Notes: generated by a model from the letters alone, not told the origin. A DNA stretch of 56,058 nucleotides from an uncultured Rheinheimera sp. (GCA_966244125.1 CBIMJC010000001.1:1-56058); one strand, 5' to 3'; positions 19,420-29,413 are shown, counted from the first letter of the stretch. Made by a program: numbers and translations.

Positions 19420-19567
19420 GGAGGGGGGCAGTTATCTATTAGCGCGAGGATGAAGGCAAACCAGCCACCGGCAACTACTGCGTTCGCCCGTTCGCGCTTC
19501 CCGCGCTCACTTTTATATCGATCACTGGGCAGTTACCAATGTCTGTTTTGATGGGTGTGGCCGCATA

Positions 19568-19816
19568 ATGGCCGCTTTCACCTCGAAAAATGAACTGGCA
19601 ACGCAAGTCCTTGCGGCCCTATACGGTACCGAGTTTGAATCGGAGCCAGGTTATTTTCGCTCACAGAATTTCTGCATTGGCGTACCTGTAGGACCAACCG
19701 GAGCATTTAAGCTTGGTCATTTGCAGCCGAATATTGTGACCGAAGTTTTCTACGACTTGTGGCCAAACGGCAAACAGTACGTGGCATTTCCGGCTGCATC
19801 TGTTAGATTGGCGTGA
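19568..19816 (+). CDS. Small hypothetical ORF, possibly a gene fragment
   Basis: 82-aa ATG ORF; no recognised motif. Confidence 0.3.
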   Translation: MAAFTSKNELATQVLAALYGTEFESEPGYFRSQNFCIGVPVGPTGAFKLGHLQPNIVTEVFYDLWPNGKQYVAFPAASVRLA

Positions 19817-19925
19817 GCTGATTTTCAAAGGATGAAATTGAATGCTGAATCAAATCCTTACCCTATAGCATACGTCGCATGCCTCACTTCCACCGCAACC
19901 CCTAAATCTTCATTTGGTAAATTTT

Positions 19926-21398
19926 ATGCAGTTCAAAACCATCGCTCAATTTATTGGCCCTAAAGGTACGACCCGATTTCTTTCATACACTGGCACAATC
20001 AAGGCCGCTGATATAACTACTGAGCACTACAGCACTGGGGGGTATTACACTGAGAAAATTGGTAATACGGTTTATCACCGTGACGATTATCAGGTACACA
20101 CGGATCACACGAGCCACCTTCAAATAGTTGACCAGCAAGGCGAGATTTCCTCATTTAAATTCGATCCGAATAGGATGTACTGCACTGTTGGCAACGAGGT
20201 GACGATTTACGCGATCGAAGACTCTGCAGGGGGGCTGGAAAAGTGTGAATTTGTAAATAATACCACTCGCAAGAGTCTGGATTATCAGCTGCGAGGTCCG
20301 TTCACCGCATTTAAGCGACGCTTTGACCCCGTATACTGGTTGCTGACTTTACTTGTTTTCGCTGTGTTTATTCTCGGTATTTTTGCCCATTATGGCCGTC
20401 CCCCAAAATATCTGCTGCCTGCGCTTGGCGGTTTGGCTCTGTTCTGGATTATCTTGACATCTTATCTGCGCACTAGGCGATTAGGCTTGGCGCTAGGTGC
20501 AGCGATTTTTGAAGCCAAATATCTAGCTGATAGGCATCCGGACGAGGTGGTTGAAATACCGATCCACGTTCCAAGTAATTCGCGGTGCGTCTTAAGGTAT
20601 TCGCTGCATTTCTTACGGAAAATGTGGCGAGCTGCCATCTGGACGATGCGGTGTATCCTAGTGCTTTTTGCTATTGCTGCACTTTCAGCCAGTTATGGCT
20701 TCATAGATGTAGCTGCTCAGCAGGGAAAAATGAAGGACTTTGCGAAGGAGGGGGGCTTTGATACCGTTTTCCAGCTTCCACTGGGAGCAGGAGCCAAAAC
20801 CCAAAGCTACTTCCAGGCGGCCATGCAAGCCAAAATCAACCCTGAATCATTACGCACAAAGATTATTAATTCTCGTGCTGGTGTAGCAGTTCTTGGCTTT
20901 CTCCGTGCCACAAAAGGTTTGGATGCAGCCCAAAATCTCAGTGGTACTGATAGCGCCTTTGTTGCTATTACGAAAATTCCCGTGAACTTCGGTCGCGCAA
21001 AAGCGCTTGAACTGGTGGTTTCTGAGGAAGTGTTGACTGCAATGTATTATGCAGGTTCGCAGAGGTTACATCAGCCACTACCGCCAAAGTCAGCCTATGA
21101 ATATGCGCTGCAGCGAAGTGCCAAGCTTTGGTTTGATAAGGGGGTGGGCGAACTGAGTGCAGATGAATTCTATTTTGCCTTTATACAAGCTGACAAAGAC
21201 TTTTCAAGAGACAAGGACCCTTTTAACTCAAAGGCTGATGCGTTTTCAGTGTTGTTTGCATGCAATTTGTATCATTGGCCTGATAGTGGCTACATCGCAA
21301 CCCTTCGTAAACGCTATTTTTCTTTGTTGGGCGAACCTGTTCCTGTGCAGTGGCCAAGTGGCATTTGGTCGTTCATGAAAAGGAAATGCAGTAAATAA
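19926..21398 (+). CDS. Hypothetical membrane protein with a degenerate C-terminal transglycosylase (GT51)-like region
   Basis: About 490-aa ORF with 3 hydrophobic helices; the C-terminal part loosely follows GT51 motif order (LELVVSEEVL..MY, AKLWFDKGVGELSADE). Confidence 0.6.
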   Translation: MQFKTIAQFIGPKGTTRFLSYTGTIKAADITTEHYSTGGYYTEKIGNTVYHRDDYQVHTDHTSHLQIVDQQGEISSFKFDPNRMYCTVGNEVTIYAIEDSAGGLEKCEFVNNTTRKSLDYQLRGPFTAFKRRFDPVYWLLTLLVFAVFILGIFAHYGRPPKYLLPALGGLALFWIILTSYLRTRRLGLALGAAIFEAKYLADRHPDEVVEIPIHVPSNSRCVLRYSLHFLRKMWRAAIWTMRCILVLFAIAALSASYGFIDVAAQQGKMKDFAKEGGFDTVFQLPLGAGAKTQSYFQAAMQAKINPESLRTKIINSRAGVAVLGFLRATKGLDAAQNLSGTDSAFVAITKIPVNFGRAKALELVVSEEVLTAMYYAGSQRLHQPLPPKSAYEYALQRSAKLWFDKGVGELSADEFYFAFIQADKDFSRDKDPFNSKADAFSVLFACNLYHWPDSGYIATLRKRYFSLLGEPVPVQWPSGIWSFMKRKCSK

Positions 21399-21538
21399 TA
21401 ATACTCAAATGACACCCAGTAGGTGCAGGATCTCAATTGGAGGCTGCACTTTTTTTCCAGCCGGAAGAGTAAATCGTCAGGCTTCTTTCCCTGCGCATCA
21501 GTTGAGAACGTGGGCGTTCAGGCATTCTGGCCTAAGTT

Positions 21539-21718
21539 ATGATTTACATTCTGCGCCTGCAAATCAACAGATTCTATTCAGATGCTATTGAATGGCTAAA
21601 CAAAGGGCTCAGCATCAACAAGGATTCAGAATACGCACATGATAGGTTGGCCTCAGCATTAAAGGATAAAGAAAAAGAACAAGAAGAGTTTCGCAGCGCC
21701 TGTAAGGAAGGCGTTTAA
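21539..21718 (+). pseudogene. TPR-like gene fragment (59 aa)
   Basis: Manual translation MIYILRLQINRFYSDAIEWLNKGLSINKDSEYAHDRLASALKDKEKEQEEFRSACKEGV; below the ORF-track cutoff. Confidence 0.45.
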
Positions 21719-21762
21719 TCCTTGCTATGCCTGCGTTGGAACTCAAGGCTGAGAGTGAAGAA

Positions 21763-21823
21763 TCCTAGCAAGGTATTCAAGCCCGTTCGCGTTGCGCACC
21801 GAGACGGTAATTCGGCGTTAATT
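21763..21823 (+). mobile_element. Degenerate integron attC-like site
   Basis: TCCTAGC-AAGG-TATTCAAG-CCCGTTCGC...CGG-TAATTC-GGC-GTTAATT resembles the four-box attC layout, with a mutated AAC and a shortened right arm. Confidence 0.4.
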
Positions 21824-21892
21824 CCGCAATAAACTCTAAGCGAACACTCATGAAAGGGAGCTCGCCCCTCGATTCACTAGTGACTCAGATAC

Positions 21893-23254
21893 CTACACCC
21901 TAACAAAAGCTATCTCTACAGCCTGTGTTTTTAAGTAAGCTGTTCTGGCGACTATGTTGTCACTCAACCCCTGAAAATACTCAAGATCGTCAGCTGTGAT
22001 AAAAGGCTGTTGTTTTAGCTGATGGATAAGAGCACTGCCAGAACCCTGGTCGGTGAGCTGCTGCAGTACTTTATCTGCAAGTCCAGTTAATAGCCGCGAC
22101 AGTAGCTTTTTGTCGAGGCTGCAGCTTTCGGCAAAGTCGGCCAATTGATAGGCGTGAATACTTTGCGGTTCAAACTCGTCTCCCATGGCCATGGCTAATA
22201 CCTGCTTAAACTGGGGGAACATGGCGATATTCACTAAATCATAAGCTGGGGTAAAGCGGGCGTTTTGTTTGTCGAAATACAGCGAGACGTTTTTGCCGTG
22301 GCTGTCGTAATTGCTGATCATTAAATTAAATAACTGCCAGTGGATTAGCCATTGCATGCTTTCTGCCGGTGACGTCATGCTGCGGCATAACTGAAATAGT
22401 TTTGGCAGGCTGGCCCCATCCCGAATGTGCTGAACGTCTCTGCCATCACCAAGATTGCGTTCGTATTTCAGGTCTCTTGCTAAATTCAGTGCCTGACAGC
22501 CGTCTATCAGATGGCGTCTCAGCACTTTCTGCGCCGCAGCATCGTATTTGCGGTCAAAGCGTTTGACGATCAGGGCCGGATGAGGGCCAAAACGTCTGAA
22601 TGCCACCTCTGCTGTCGGTAAGCCAATAGCAGTTGAAAGTGTCATGCAGAAGAATTCATTTAACACCAGGTTAGGGCAGTTTTTCCGTTCAAATTTCAGG
22701 ATATGGCTGGAACAGAGTGAACCGTCGCCAAAGCCAATAGTACCGGCTGCATCGATAAAGACATTTAATTTGTCCTGTACGCCCGCCACGCTAAGCCGGG
22801 GTTTGTCATCCCAGGTCAGTAAGCCGACCTGTTCTTTTATATTCAGCCGTTCGATCAGCTCTTTGTCTGCAAGGGGCCTGAAGATGGGCTGGTTCGGATT
22901 AGGCTGACTTTCCTCTACCGGCCTAAAGGCCACAGCACCTGCTAAATCATTGCCAAGAGCACGCACCTGCGAATACACGTTTTTTTCCGAAACCCCTAAA
23001 TTTTCCGCCAGTAGTTTTCGTGCCCCACCTTCGGGCAAGGCATTATCCAGGTAGTTGTAGGCGACTTCAGGCCTGTGCTGATGATTCAGTGGCAAATGCG
23101 GTGATATGGCAAAACCCTGTTGTTGCCACTCTGGTGTGTAGCTAAGTTTCAGTAAGTTGGTGCTGTTATCCAGTGCCAACAGGCCTATGACATCATCGCC
23201 ATAACTCAGCTTTAGTTGGTAAGCCTCACTGTTAACGACTTGCGGGTTCGCCAT
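21893..23254 (-). CDS. hipA: HipA-family Ser/Thr kinase toxin
   Basis: N-terminal couple domain, LSVAGVQDK P-loop, HILKF, NYDSHGKNVS, PAYDLV. Confidence 0.95.
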   Translation of the reverse strand: MANPQVVNSEAYQLKLSYGDDVIGLLALDNSTNLLKLSYTPEWQQQGFAISPHLPLNHQHRPEVAYNYLDNALPEGGARKLLAENLGVSEKNVYSQVRALGNDLAGAVAFRPVEESQPNPNQPIFRPLADKELIERLNIKEQVGLLTWDDKPRLSVAGVQDKLNVFIDAAGTIGFGDGSLCSSHILKFERKNCPNLVLNEFFCMTLSTAIGLPTAEVAFRRFGPHPALIVKRFDRKYDAAAQKVLRRHLIDGCQALNLARDLKYERNLGDGRDVQHIRDGASLPKLFQLCRSMTSPAESMQWLIHWQLFNLMISNYDSHGKNVSLYFDKQNARFTPAYDLVNIAMFPQFKQVLAMAMGDEFEPQSIHAYQLADFAESCSLDKKLLSRLLTGLADKVLQQLTDQGSGSALIHQLKQQPFITADDLEYFQGLSDNIVARTAYLKTQAVEIAFVRV

Positions 23255-23256
23255 AA

Positions 23257-23547
23257 TTAAACCCACTCATCTTCAGTTAGTGCTGCGGACGTTGTCGGCT
23301 TTAACTCTTTTGAGGTCAGCTTAATACCTAAGCCGTTTATTACCGCTAACACTGCTGCTAAGGTGCAATTGGCGTTGCCGTTTTCTATGCGTGACAAGGT
23401 GTTAATACCAACCCCACAAAGTGCGGCGCAGTCGGCTAATTTCATGCCGAGTTCTGTTCGCTTTGCTTTGATCAGTTGCCCCAAAGTCTCTGCATTATTG
23501 ATAAAGGCTGAATCAGGCCTGTCTGAAACTGTGACTCTTTTTGCCAT
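23257..23547 (-). CDS. hipB: HipB-like Xre HTH antitoxin
   Basis: LGQLIKAKR..LGM....A...GV...TLSRIENG; C-terminal W; directly upstream of hipA. Confidence 0.9.
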   Translation of the reverse strand: MAKRVTVSDRPDSAFINNAETLGQLIKAKRTELGMKLADCAALCGVGINTLSRIENGNANCTLAAVLAVINGLGIKLTSKELKPTTSAALTEDEWV

Positions 23548-23570
23548 GATAGAAAAGACCTTGCTCAATT

Positions 23571-23689
23571 AATCACTGAATATGGTGATTATAGGCTGGT
23601 TTTAACAAAGCGCCACTATAATCACCAATAACGGTGAATATAGTGTTGTGGTGGCGGATGATACTAATTAATCACCGATAATGGTGATT
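23571..23689. promoter_or_regulatory. Three hipBA operator palindromes AATCAC-N8-GTGA(T/A)T
   Basis: 23571-23590, 23620-23639, 23670-23689 (spacing 49 and 50 bp). Confidence 0.85.
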
Positions 23690-23708
23690 AATTTGGCTTC
23701 AAATAGAC

Positions 23709-23730
23709 AAAAGGGGCCAACAGGCCCCTG
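23709..23730 (-). terminator. Rho-independent terminator of the 33229-23756 operon
   Basis: Minus strand AGGGGCC-TGTT-GGCCCCT-TTT. Confidence 0.7.
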
Positions 23731-23755
23731 CAATCTAAATCGCTAAGCGAACACA

Positions 23756-24991
23756 TCACTGCACCAACAAGGATTCCCGTACACAATTCAGCATGCCGCG
23801 TTCCATGATAAAGGCCTTGGCTTTCACCGGGTCGGCGGCGGTTTGCATAAAGTGTTGCTGGCGCTGTTGTTGAATATCCGGGTCTGTCGATTCCATCAGT
23901 TTTTTATTGGCTATGGTGTGTTCCTGCACAAAACGCACGGCTAAATCTTTACGCTGGCGGTTGTATTGTTCGAATAGTGGGGTGTAGTCGGCACCTTCTA
24001 ATAGAATGGCGGTGAGTTTTTGCGCCAGGTTAAAGGCGTCGTGCAGGCCGCCGTTCATGCCCATGCCACCTAAGGGGTTGTTCAGGTGGCAGGAATCTCC
24101 GGCCAGAATGGCGCGGCCGTTAAAGTAGGTTTCGGCCACACGCTGGTGCACGTTGTACAAAGTGCGGTGGCCAATATGGTAGTCACCTTCTTTGGCGTAC
24201 AGGTGCTGCAGCCGCTGCTGGATATAATCGTCGGTCAGGTATTTATCCAGATTGGTTTCTTTGGGGTCGGTTGGCCACAAAACGCGCCACAGCTTATCGG
24301 TGCGTAAAATCACACACCATTCGTCCGGGTCCGACACGTAATTGACATAAGATAAATTGTCGAACACCTGTTCAAAGGGGAAGCTGGTGCTGGCCACCAG
24401 AAATTTTTCGTCGTAGGTAAAGCCGCCAAAGCCAATACCGGCCGATTTACGTACATTGCTGGATGCACCTTCGCAGCCGACAATAAAGCTGCCTGCAAAA
24501 CGCAGTTCTTTGCCCTGATGATTCACCACGGCCGTAACGCCATTGGCATCCTGCTCAAAACTGACCAACTGGTGCGAAAACAGTGTCGTGACGCTGGGGC
24601 ATGCTTTTAATTTTTCCTGCGCCAGATAGGTCATTTCGTATTGCTCTAACTGCAGCCGGAACGGAAAACGGGTTTCGTCAGCAATCAGCTGCATATTAAA
24701 TTCAGCCACTTCCTGAGTTTTGCGGTCGCGGTACTGGTACCTATCCACCACCAGGCCTTTGGCTATCATGGCTTCTGCTAACCCCACTTCGTCCAGCATT
24801 TCCAGTGACGGCGGGTGAAAGGTGGAGGCGCGCAGGTCTATAGGTAAATTGGCTTCTTTTTCCAGTAACAGCACCGGAATATTGCGCTGACCTAAATACA
24901 ACGCCAATAAGGAACCCGCAGGGCCTGCTCCGGCAATAATAACAGGGCCCTGGTGTTTGGTTGCGACTAGAGGTGCAGAGGAAGTTGCCAT
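23756..24991 (-). CDS. FAD-dependent monooxygenase (group A, MhpA/PHBH-like)
   Basis: GAGPAG, GCEGASS.VRK, LAGDSCH.NNP.GG.GMN.G..DA.NL. Confidence 0.92.
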   Translation of the reverse strand: MATSSAPLVATKHQGPVIIAGAGPAGSLLALYLGQRNIPVLLLEKEANLPIDLRASTFHPPSLEMLDEVGLAEAMIAKGLVVDRYQYRDRKTQEVAEFNMQLIADETRFPFRLQLEQYEMTYLAQEKLKACPSVTTLFSHQLVSFEQDANGVTAVVNHQGKELRFAGSFIVGCEGASSNVRKSAGIGFGGFTYDEKFLVASTSFPFEQVFDNLSYVNYVSDPDEWCVILRTDKLWRVLWPTDPKETNLDKYLTDDYIQQRLQHLYAKEGDYHIGHRTLYNVHQRVAETYFNGRAILAGDSCHLNNPLGGMGMNGGLHDAFNLAQKLTAILLEGADYTPLFEQYNRQRKDLAVRFVQEHTIANKKLMESTDPDIQQQRQQHFMQTAADPVKAKAFIMERGMLNCVRESLLVQ

Positions 24992-25011
24992 AATACTGCT
25001 GTCCTTTGTGA

Positions 25012-25623
25012 TTAAGCGAAGCGCTGTTGTAAGGTGGAAAGTACGGTGGAAATGATCTGGCTGCAGCTTTGTACGTCGGCGTACTTGGCGTGCATGTCAT
25101 GCAAATTGGCTTTGTGGGCGTCCGGATTACGGTCACCGACTGCTTCTTCGGCCACCACCACTGGGTAGTTGTGCTGCAGGCCGTCCACTACTGTGGCGCG
25201 CACACAGCCACTGGTGGTCAGTCCCGTGATAACTAAAGAATCGGCTTTTAACGCCAGCAATTGTTGGGCTAAATCAGTGCCGAAGAAGGCGCTGGCCCAG
25301 CGTTTTTCTAAAACCATTTCGCCCGGCTGTGGCTCGAGTCTCGAATCTATTTTCACCCAGTGTGAGTCGGGCGTCAGTAAATTCAGCGCATTAATACGGG
25401 CGCGAAATACGCTGGCCTGAGCCGGGCCGTGGTACACCACAGTGGTAAAAATAATGGGCAAAGCGGCCGCACGAAAGGCGTCCAGCAGCAGTTTGTTATG
25501 CGCGACTACTGCTTCACATTCGGCGCCAAGCGGGCAGGCCGGGTCGGTAAAACCATTCACCATATCCACTAAAATCAGCGCTGGTCTTTGGCCAAGGCCC
25601 AGTGAGTTGCGTTGTAAATCCAT
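25012..25623 (-). CDS. Isochorismatase-family cysteine amidase, copy 2 (NicF maleamate amidohydrolase-like)
   Basis: G.RPALILVD, EKRWASAFFGT, GLTTSGCVRATVVD, VGDR. Confidence 0.9.
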   Translation of the reverse strand: MDLQRNSLGLGQRPALILVDMVNGFTDPACPLGAECEAVVAHNKLLLDAFRAAALPIIFTTVVYHGPAQASVFRARINALNLLTPDSHWVKIDSRLEPQPGEMVLEKRWASAFFGTDLAQQLLALKADSLVITGLTTSGCVRATVVDGLQHNYPVVVAEEAVGDRNPDAHKANLHDMHAKYADVQSCSQIISTVLSTLQQRFA

Positions 25624-25633
25624 TCCATCCGCC

Positions 25634-26458
25634 TTAATAGGTCGTTGAGTTCAACTGGCTGTAAAAGTTTTTGATCAGCTGTGCCAGTTGAGCGCTGTGA
25701 GTTTCACAGATATAAGTTGAAGCATCGCCAAGCTCAGCCGTTTCAGCACTCTGGCCTTTAGGCAGCAGCGCGACTGTGGGGGCAACCAGAGGCTGCAGCA
25801 CATCAAGCGCTCCGGCAAAAACCAGAGTCGGGCATTGAATTTGGGCAATTTGTGCCGCGAAATCCTGCGCTGCCACCGCCTGATAGGCTTTTTTGTAGCT
25901 GCTGCCTAAACGCAGCGCCAACAGAGTTTCGCGTAAGCTAAGTTCAAGTGGCACAGAGTTGTCTTTGCCACGGATTTTCTGCCAGTAGCGCTGCAAAAAA
26001 TCACCGGCTTCATCTGTGCTGGCATCCACCACTGATGCAGGCAGCGCCTGTTTTTGTGTGTCGCTTAACAGTGTCGGGCCGGAGAAGATCAGCGCCCGGC
26101 AAAAACCCGGCTGGTCGTGTTCCAGCTGAGCCGCCACAGCCACACCAGTGTGATGACCAAACACCAGCGGGCTTGAGACTTTTAATGCCTGTAAACAGAG
26201 CCAAACGCTGTTGGCATACAGCGCCACGCTGTGTTCCAGAGCTGCATCACTGTTACCAAAACCAATAAAGTCGGGTGCTATACAATAAAAATCCTGCGCC
26301 AACAGCTGCATCAAAGGCCGGAACATTTCGCCGCTGCTGGGGGTCTGATGCAAAAGCACTAAAGCCGGTCGTCCGATACTGGCCGGGTTATGCAGATAAT
26401 GAATTTGCCCCAGTTCGGTTTGGGCGTAGCCTTTGCGGATGATCTGATGCGGCAGCAT
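25634..26458 (-). CDS. Alpha/beta hydrolase-fold protein with a non-canonical nucleophile elbow
   Basis: LVLLHQTP, APDFIGFGNSD; GHHTG instead of GxSxG. Confidence 0.85.
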   Translation of the reverse strand: MLPHQIIRKGYAQTELGQIHYLHNPASIGRPALVLLHQTPSSGEMFRPLMQLLAQDFYCIAPDFIGFGNSDAALEHSVALYANSVWLCLQALKVSSPLVFGHHTGVAVAAQLEHDQPGFCRALIFSGPTLLSDTQKQALPASVVDASTDEAGDFLQRYWQKIRGKDNSVPLELSLRETLLALRLGSSYKKAYQAVAAQDFAAQIAQIQCPTLVFAGALDVLQPLVAPTVALLPKGQSAETAELGDASTYICETHSAQLAQLIKNFYSQLNSTTY

Positions 26459-26459
26459 G

Positions 26460-27920
26460 TTAAAGCACCGCATTCAGTTCGACACTGACCCATTTCAGTT
26501 CAGTAAATTCTTCAGTGGAATAAGCGCCACCACTGCGGCCAAGGCCGGATAATTTACTGCCGCCAATAGGGGCCAGCGCATTGCTCTGAAACGAATGCAT
26601 ACCAATATGCACTGAGCCGGCGTCAATTTCTTTGGCGGCGCGCATGGCGGCATAAATGTTTTTCGTCAGCACAGAAGCCGACAGACCAAATTGTGAATCG
26701 TTGGCGAGTTTAATGGCGTGGTCTAAATCCTCAGCCACTACCACATTGGTTAAAGGGCCAAAAGATTCATCGCGCCAGGCGCTGCAATGAAGTGGCGAGT
26801 TCAACAGCACTGTCGGCTGAAACACCAGACTGGGCTGGCCATTCGGGTAAGGCAAAGCTTTACCTCCGGTCAGGATCTCTGCGCCAGCTGCCACAGCTTC
26901 GGCAATATGCTGGCTGATTTTATTCACCGCAGCGCGGTTAATCAGTGGGCCATAAATGGTTTTTGGGTCACGTAAATCGCCAATCTGCAGCTGTTCGGCG
27001 GCGGTTTTTAACGCCTGAATAAAGTCGGCATAAATGGCTTTAGCCACTATCACCCTGCTGTTGGCCATACAAATCTGGCCACCGTGAGTAAAAATACCCT
27101 GGGCGACAATAGCAGCGGCTTTGACCGGGTCGACATCGTCCAGCACTAAAGCTGCACTTTTACCGCCTAATTCCAGCTGAGCCCGCACCATACGTTTCAT
27201 CGCTGTGGCACCAATATGAATGCCGGTTTGGGTAGATCCTGTCAGCGCTATACAGTTGACGTCCTGGTGTTCCACCAGCGGTGCACCACATTCGGCACCA
27301 AAACCTGTGACTACATTCACCGCGTCGGCCGGGACACCGGCTTGCAGCAATATTTTGGCAAACTCAATGGCAATAACAGGGGTTTGCTCCGAAGGTTTAA
27401 TCACCACACTGTTACCGGCCGCCAGCGGAAAAGCCGCCATTTTGGTGAGTAACGACAGTGGCGCATTGTAAGGCGATACCACAGCCACCACACCAACAGG
27501 GTGACGAAACACCATAGACAATCGCTCCGGATTGTCATTCGGAAAGGTCTCGCCGTATAAACGCCGTGCTTCACCGGCCGCTGTACGCAATAAATCCACA
27601 GTGTAGTTAATTTCAAAAGTGGCTTTGGTAATAGCGGAGCCACTTTCGTCGATCAGAATATCCAGCAGCCGGGTTTTGCCTTCTGTGGCTACTATGTCGG
27701 CGGCTTTGAGTAAGGCGGCTTCACGTTGTTTCGGTGCTAAAGCGGACCAGGTTTTAAAGCCCTGGCGGGCAGTTTTTACTGCCAGTTCGACATCCGGCTG
27801 ACTGGCCTGTGCAGCGCGGGCATACAGCTGTTCAGTTTCAGGTGCCAGCACGTCGAAATACAGGCCAGTCTGTGGTTTAACATCCCGGCCGCCAATCAAA
27901 AGTTCTGTCTGTTTGATCAT
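26460..27920 (-). CDS. NAD(P)-dependent aldehyde dehydrogenase (aromatic-aldehyde type)
   Basis: PYNAP, KPSE, TGS, LELGGKS, GQICMA, ESFGP. Confidence 0.93.
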   Translation of the reverse strand: MIKQTELLIGGRDVKPQTGLYFDVLAPETEQLYARAAQASQPDVELAVKTARQGFKTWSALAPKQREAALLKAADIVATEGKTRLLDILIDESGSAITKATFEINYTVDLLRTAAGEARRLYGETFPNDNPERLSMVFRHPVGVVAVVSPYNAPLSLLTKMAAFPLAAGNSVVIKPSEQTPVIAIEFAKILLQAGVPADAVNVVTGFGAECGAPLVEHQDVNCIALTGSTQTGIHIGATAMKRMVRAQLELGGKSAALVLDDVDPVKAAAIVAQGIFTHGGQICMANSRVIVAKAIYADFIQALKTAAEQLQIGDLRDPKTIYGPLINRAAVNKISQHIAEAVAAGAEILTGGKALPYPNGQPSLVFQPTVLLNSPLHCSAWRDESFGPLTNVVVAEDLDHAIKLANDSQFGLSASVLTKNIYAAMRAAKEIDAGSVHIGMHSFQSNALAPIGGSKLSGLGRSGGAYSTEEFTELKWVSVELNAVL

Positions 27921-27964
27921 GGGTTCTCTCTTTTTCACATCGCCGTGGAGCGGGCTGCGCTGCT

Positions 27965-29413
27965 TCAGGCCACGCCTATCACTCGGGTGCCACGGAAAAA
28001 CTCAAAGGTTTCTTTGGTGCCTTCATCGCCGAGGCCACTTTTTCCCCAGGCGGCACGGGGCAAATCGCCACGCAAAGCAAACAGCGACACACCGTTAATT
28101 TTGATCACGCCAGCGCGTAAGGTGCGTGCCATCTGCCAGGCTTGTTGCTCTTCGCCAAACACATAAGCAGCCAGACCATAGGCGGTCTGATTGGCCAGTT
28201 GAGTCGCTTGCTCAGGGCTGTCGAAACTATGCACTGTGGCGACAGGGCCAAAGATTTCTTCCAGACATTGTTCGCCGCTCAGGCCAGTGATGAGGCTAGG
28301 TGCGATAAACCAGCCTTTAAGTTCTGTTGGAACAGCGGTTGGGCTGATCAGCTTTGCTCCCAGTTCAGCGTATTCGGCAATACGCTGCTGCACATGTTGC
28401 CAATGGCCCTGATGCACTAAAGGACCCATTTGACTGTCTGCCTCAGTGGAGGCCCCAATCTTCAGGGCTGCCAGTCGTTGTGTGACTTTATCCAGTAAAA
28501 CGGCTTCAACAGAGCTGTGTACTATCAGGCGGCCAAGTGCACGGCACCACTGGCCATTTAAGGTGGTGAGGCCTGTGATAATGCCATCGGCCGCTGCATC
28601 CAGATCGGCACTGGCCAACACCACCAGAGCATTATTGCCACCCAGTTCCAGCTGGGCTGGTTTGATATTGGCGCCACAAACACCACCGACAGCGGCACCG
28701 CCCATGGCTCCACCGGTAAAGGAAACCGCAGCGACACGATCATCTGCACACAAAGCGGACCCTACAATTCCGTCTCCATGTAACAGATGAAATGTGCCGT
28801 GCGGTAAATCGGCATCAACAATGGCCTGAGCTATGGCCTGAGCAGAGCCTGCCGCCCATTCCGAGGGTTTAAAGATCACAGGGCAGCCTGCCGCCAGCGC
28901 ACTGGCAATTTTGTGGCAGGCTATGCCAGAAGGTGCATTCCAGGGCGCAATAATGGCAGCGACTCCGAGCGGCAAACGCTCCAGAATAATGCGGTTTTGG
29001 CTTTGGCCTTCAAATTGCTGTTCGGCAGGCAAAATGCGCAGCAGATTGGCGGCATTGCTAAATGCCAGAGCGCAGACAGTGGCAAATTGTTTGGTCAGAG
29101 TTTGCAACACACCGGTTTGCACTGCATCACAAAACTCAATGCTGCTGGCGTGCTGGCCGATGTTTTGTGCGATTTTATCCAGAAAAGCCGCCCGCTCGCT
29201 GTAGCTCAACAAAGACCAGCGGCCGCTGGCAAAAGCCTGGCTCGCGCAGTGCATAGCGGCATTGATTTGTGCCCCCGAGCTGCTGTATTGCCAGCCAATC
29301 TGCTCGCTGGTATTGGCATTGTGCAGTGGCCGCAGCAGGTTGATTTCAGGCTGTTGCCATTGGCCGTTAATGTAATTTAATTGTGCTGGTAACTGGGTCA
29401 TTGTTTTATCCAT
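27965..29413 (-). CDS. NAD(P)-dependent aldehyde dehydrogenase, second copy
   Basis: PWNAP, KPSE, FTGG, LELGGN, GQWCRA, EEIFGP. Confidence 0.92.
   Translation of the reverse strand: MDKTMTQLPAQLNYINGQWQQPEINLLRPLHNANTSEQIGWQYSSSGAQINAAMHCASQAFASGRWSLLSYSERAAFLDKIAQNIGQHASSIEFCDAVQTGVLQTLTKQFATVCALAFSNAANLLRILPAEQQFEGQSQNRIILERLPLGVAAIIAPWNAPSGIACHKIASALAAGCPVIFKPSEWAAGSAQAIAQAIVDADLPHGTFHLLHGDGIVGSALCADDRVAAVSFTGGAMGGAAVGGVCGANIKPAQLELGGNNALVVLASADLDAAADGIITGLTTLNGQWCRALGRLIVHSSVEAVLLDKVTQRLAALKIGASTEADSQMGPLVHQGHWQHVQQRIAEYAELGAKLISPTAVPTELKGWFIAPSLITGLSGEQCLEEIFGPVATVHSFDSPEQATQLANQTAYGLAAYVFGEEQQAWQMARTLRAGVIKINGVSLFALRGDLPRAAWGKSGLGDEGTKETFEFFRGTRVIGVA

Noticed and set aside
23571-23689. 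Mini CRISPR array (three repeats at about 50-bp pitch)
   Set aside because: The repeats are 20-bp palindromes with variable centres directly upstream of hipB, and there are no cas genes; operators explain them better.
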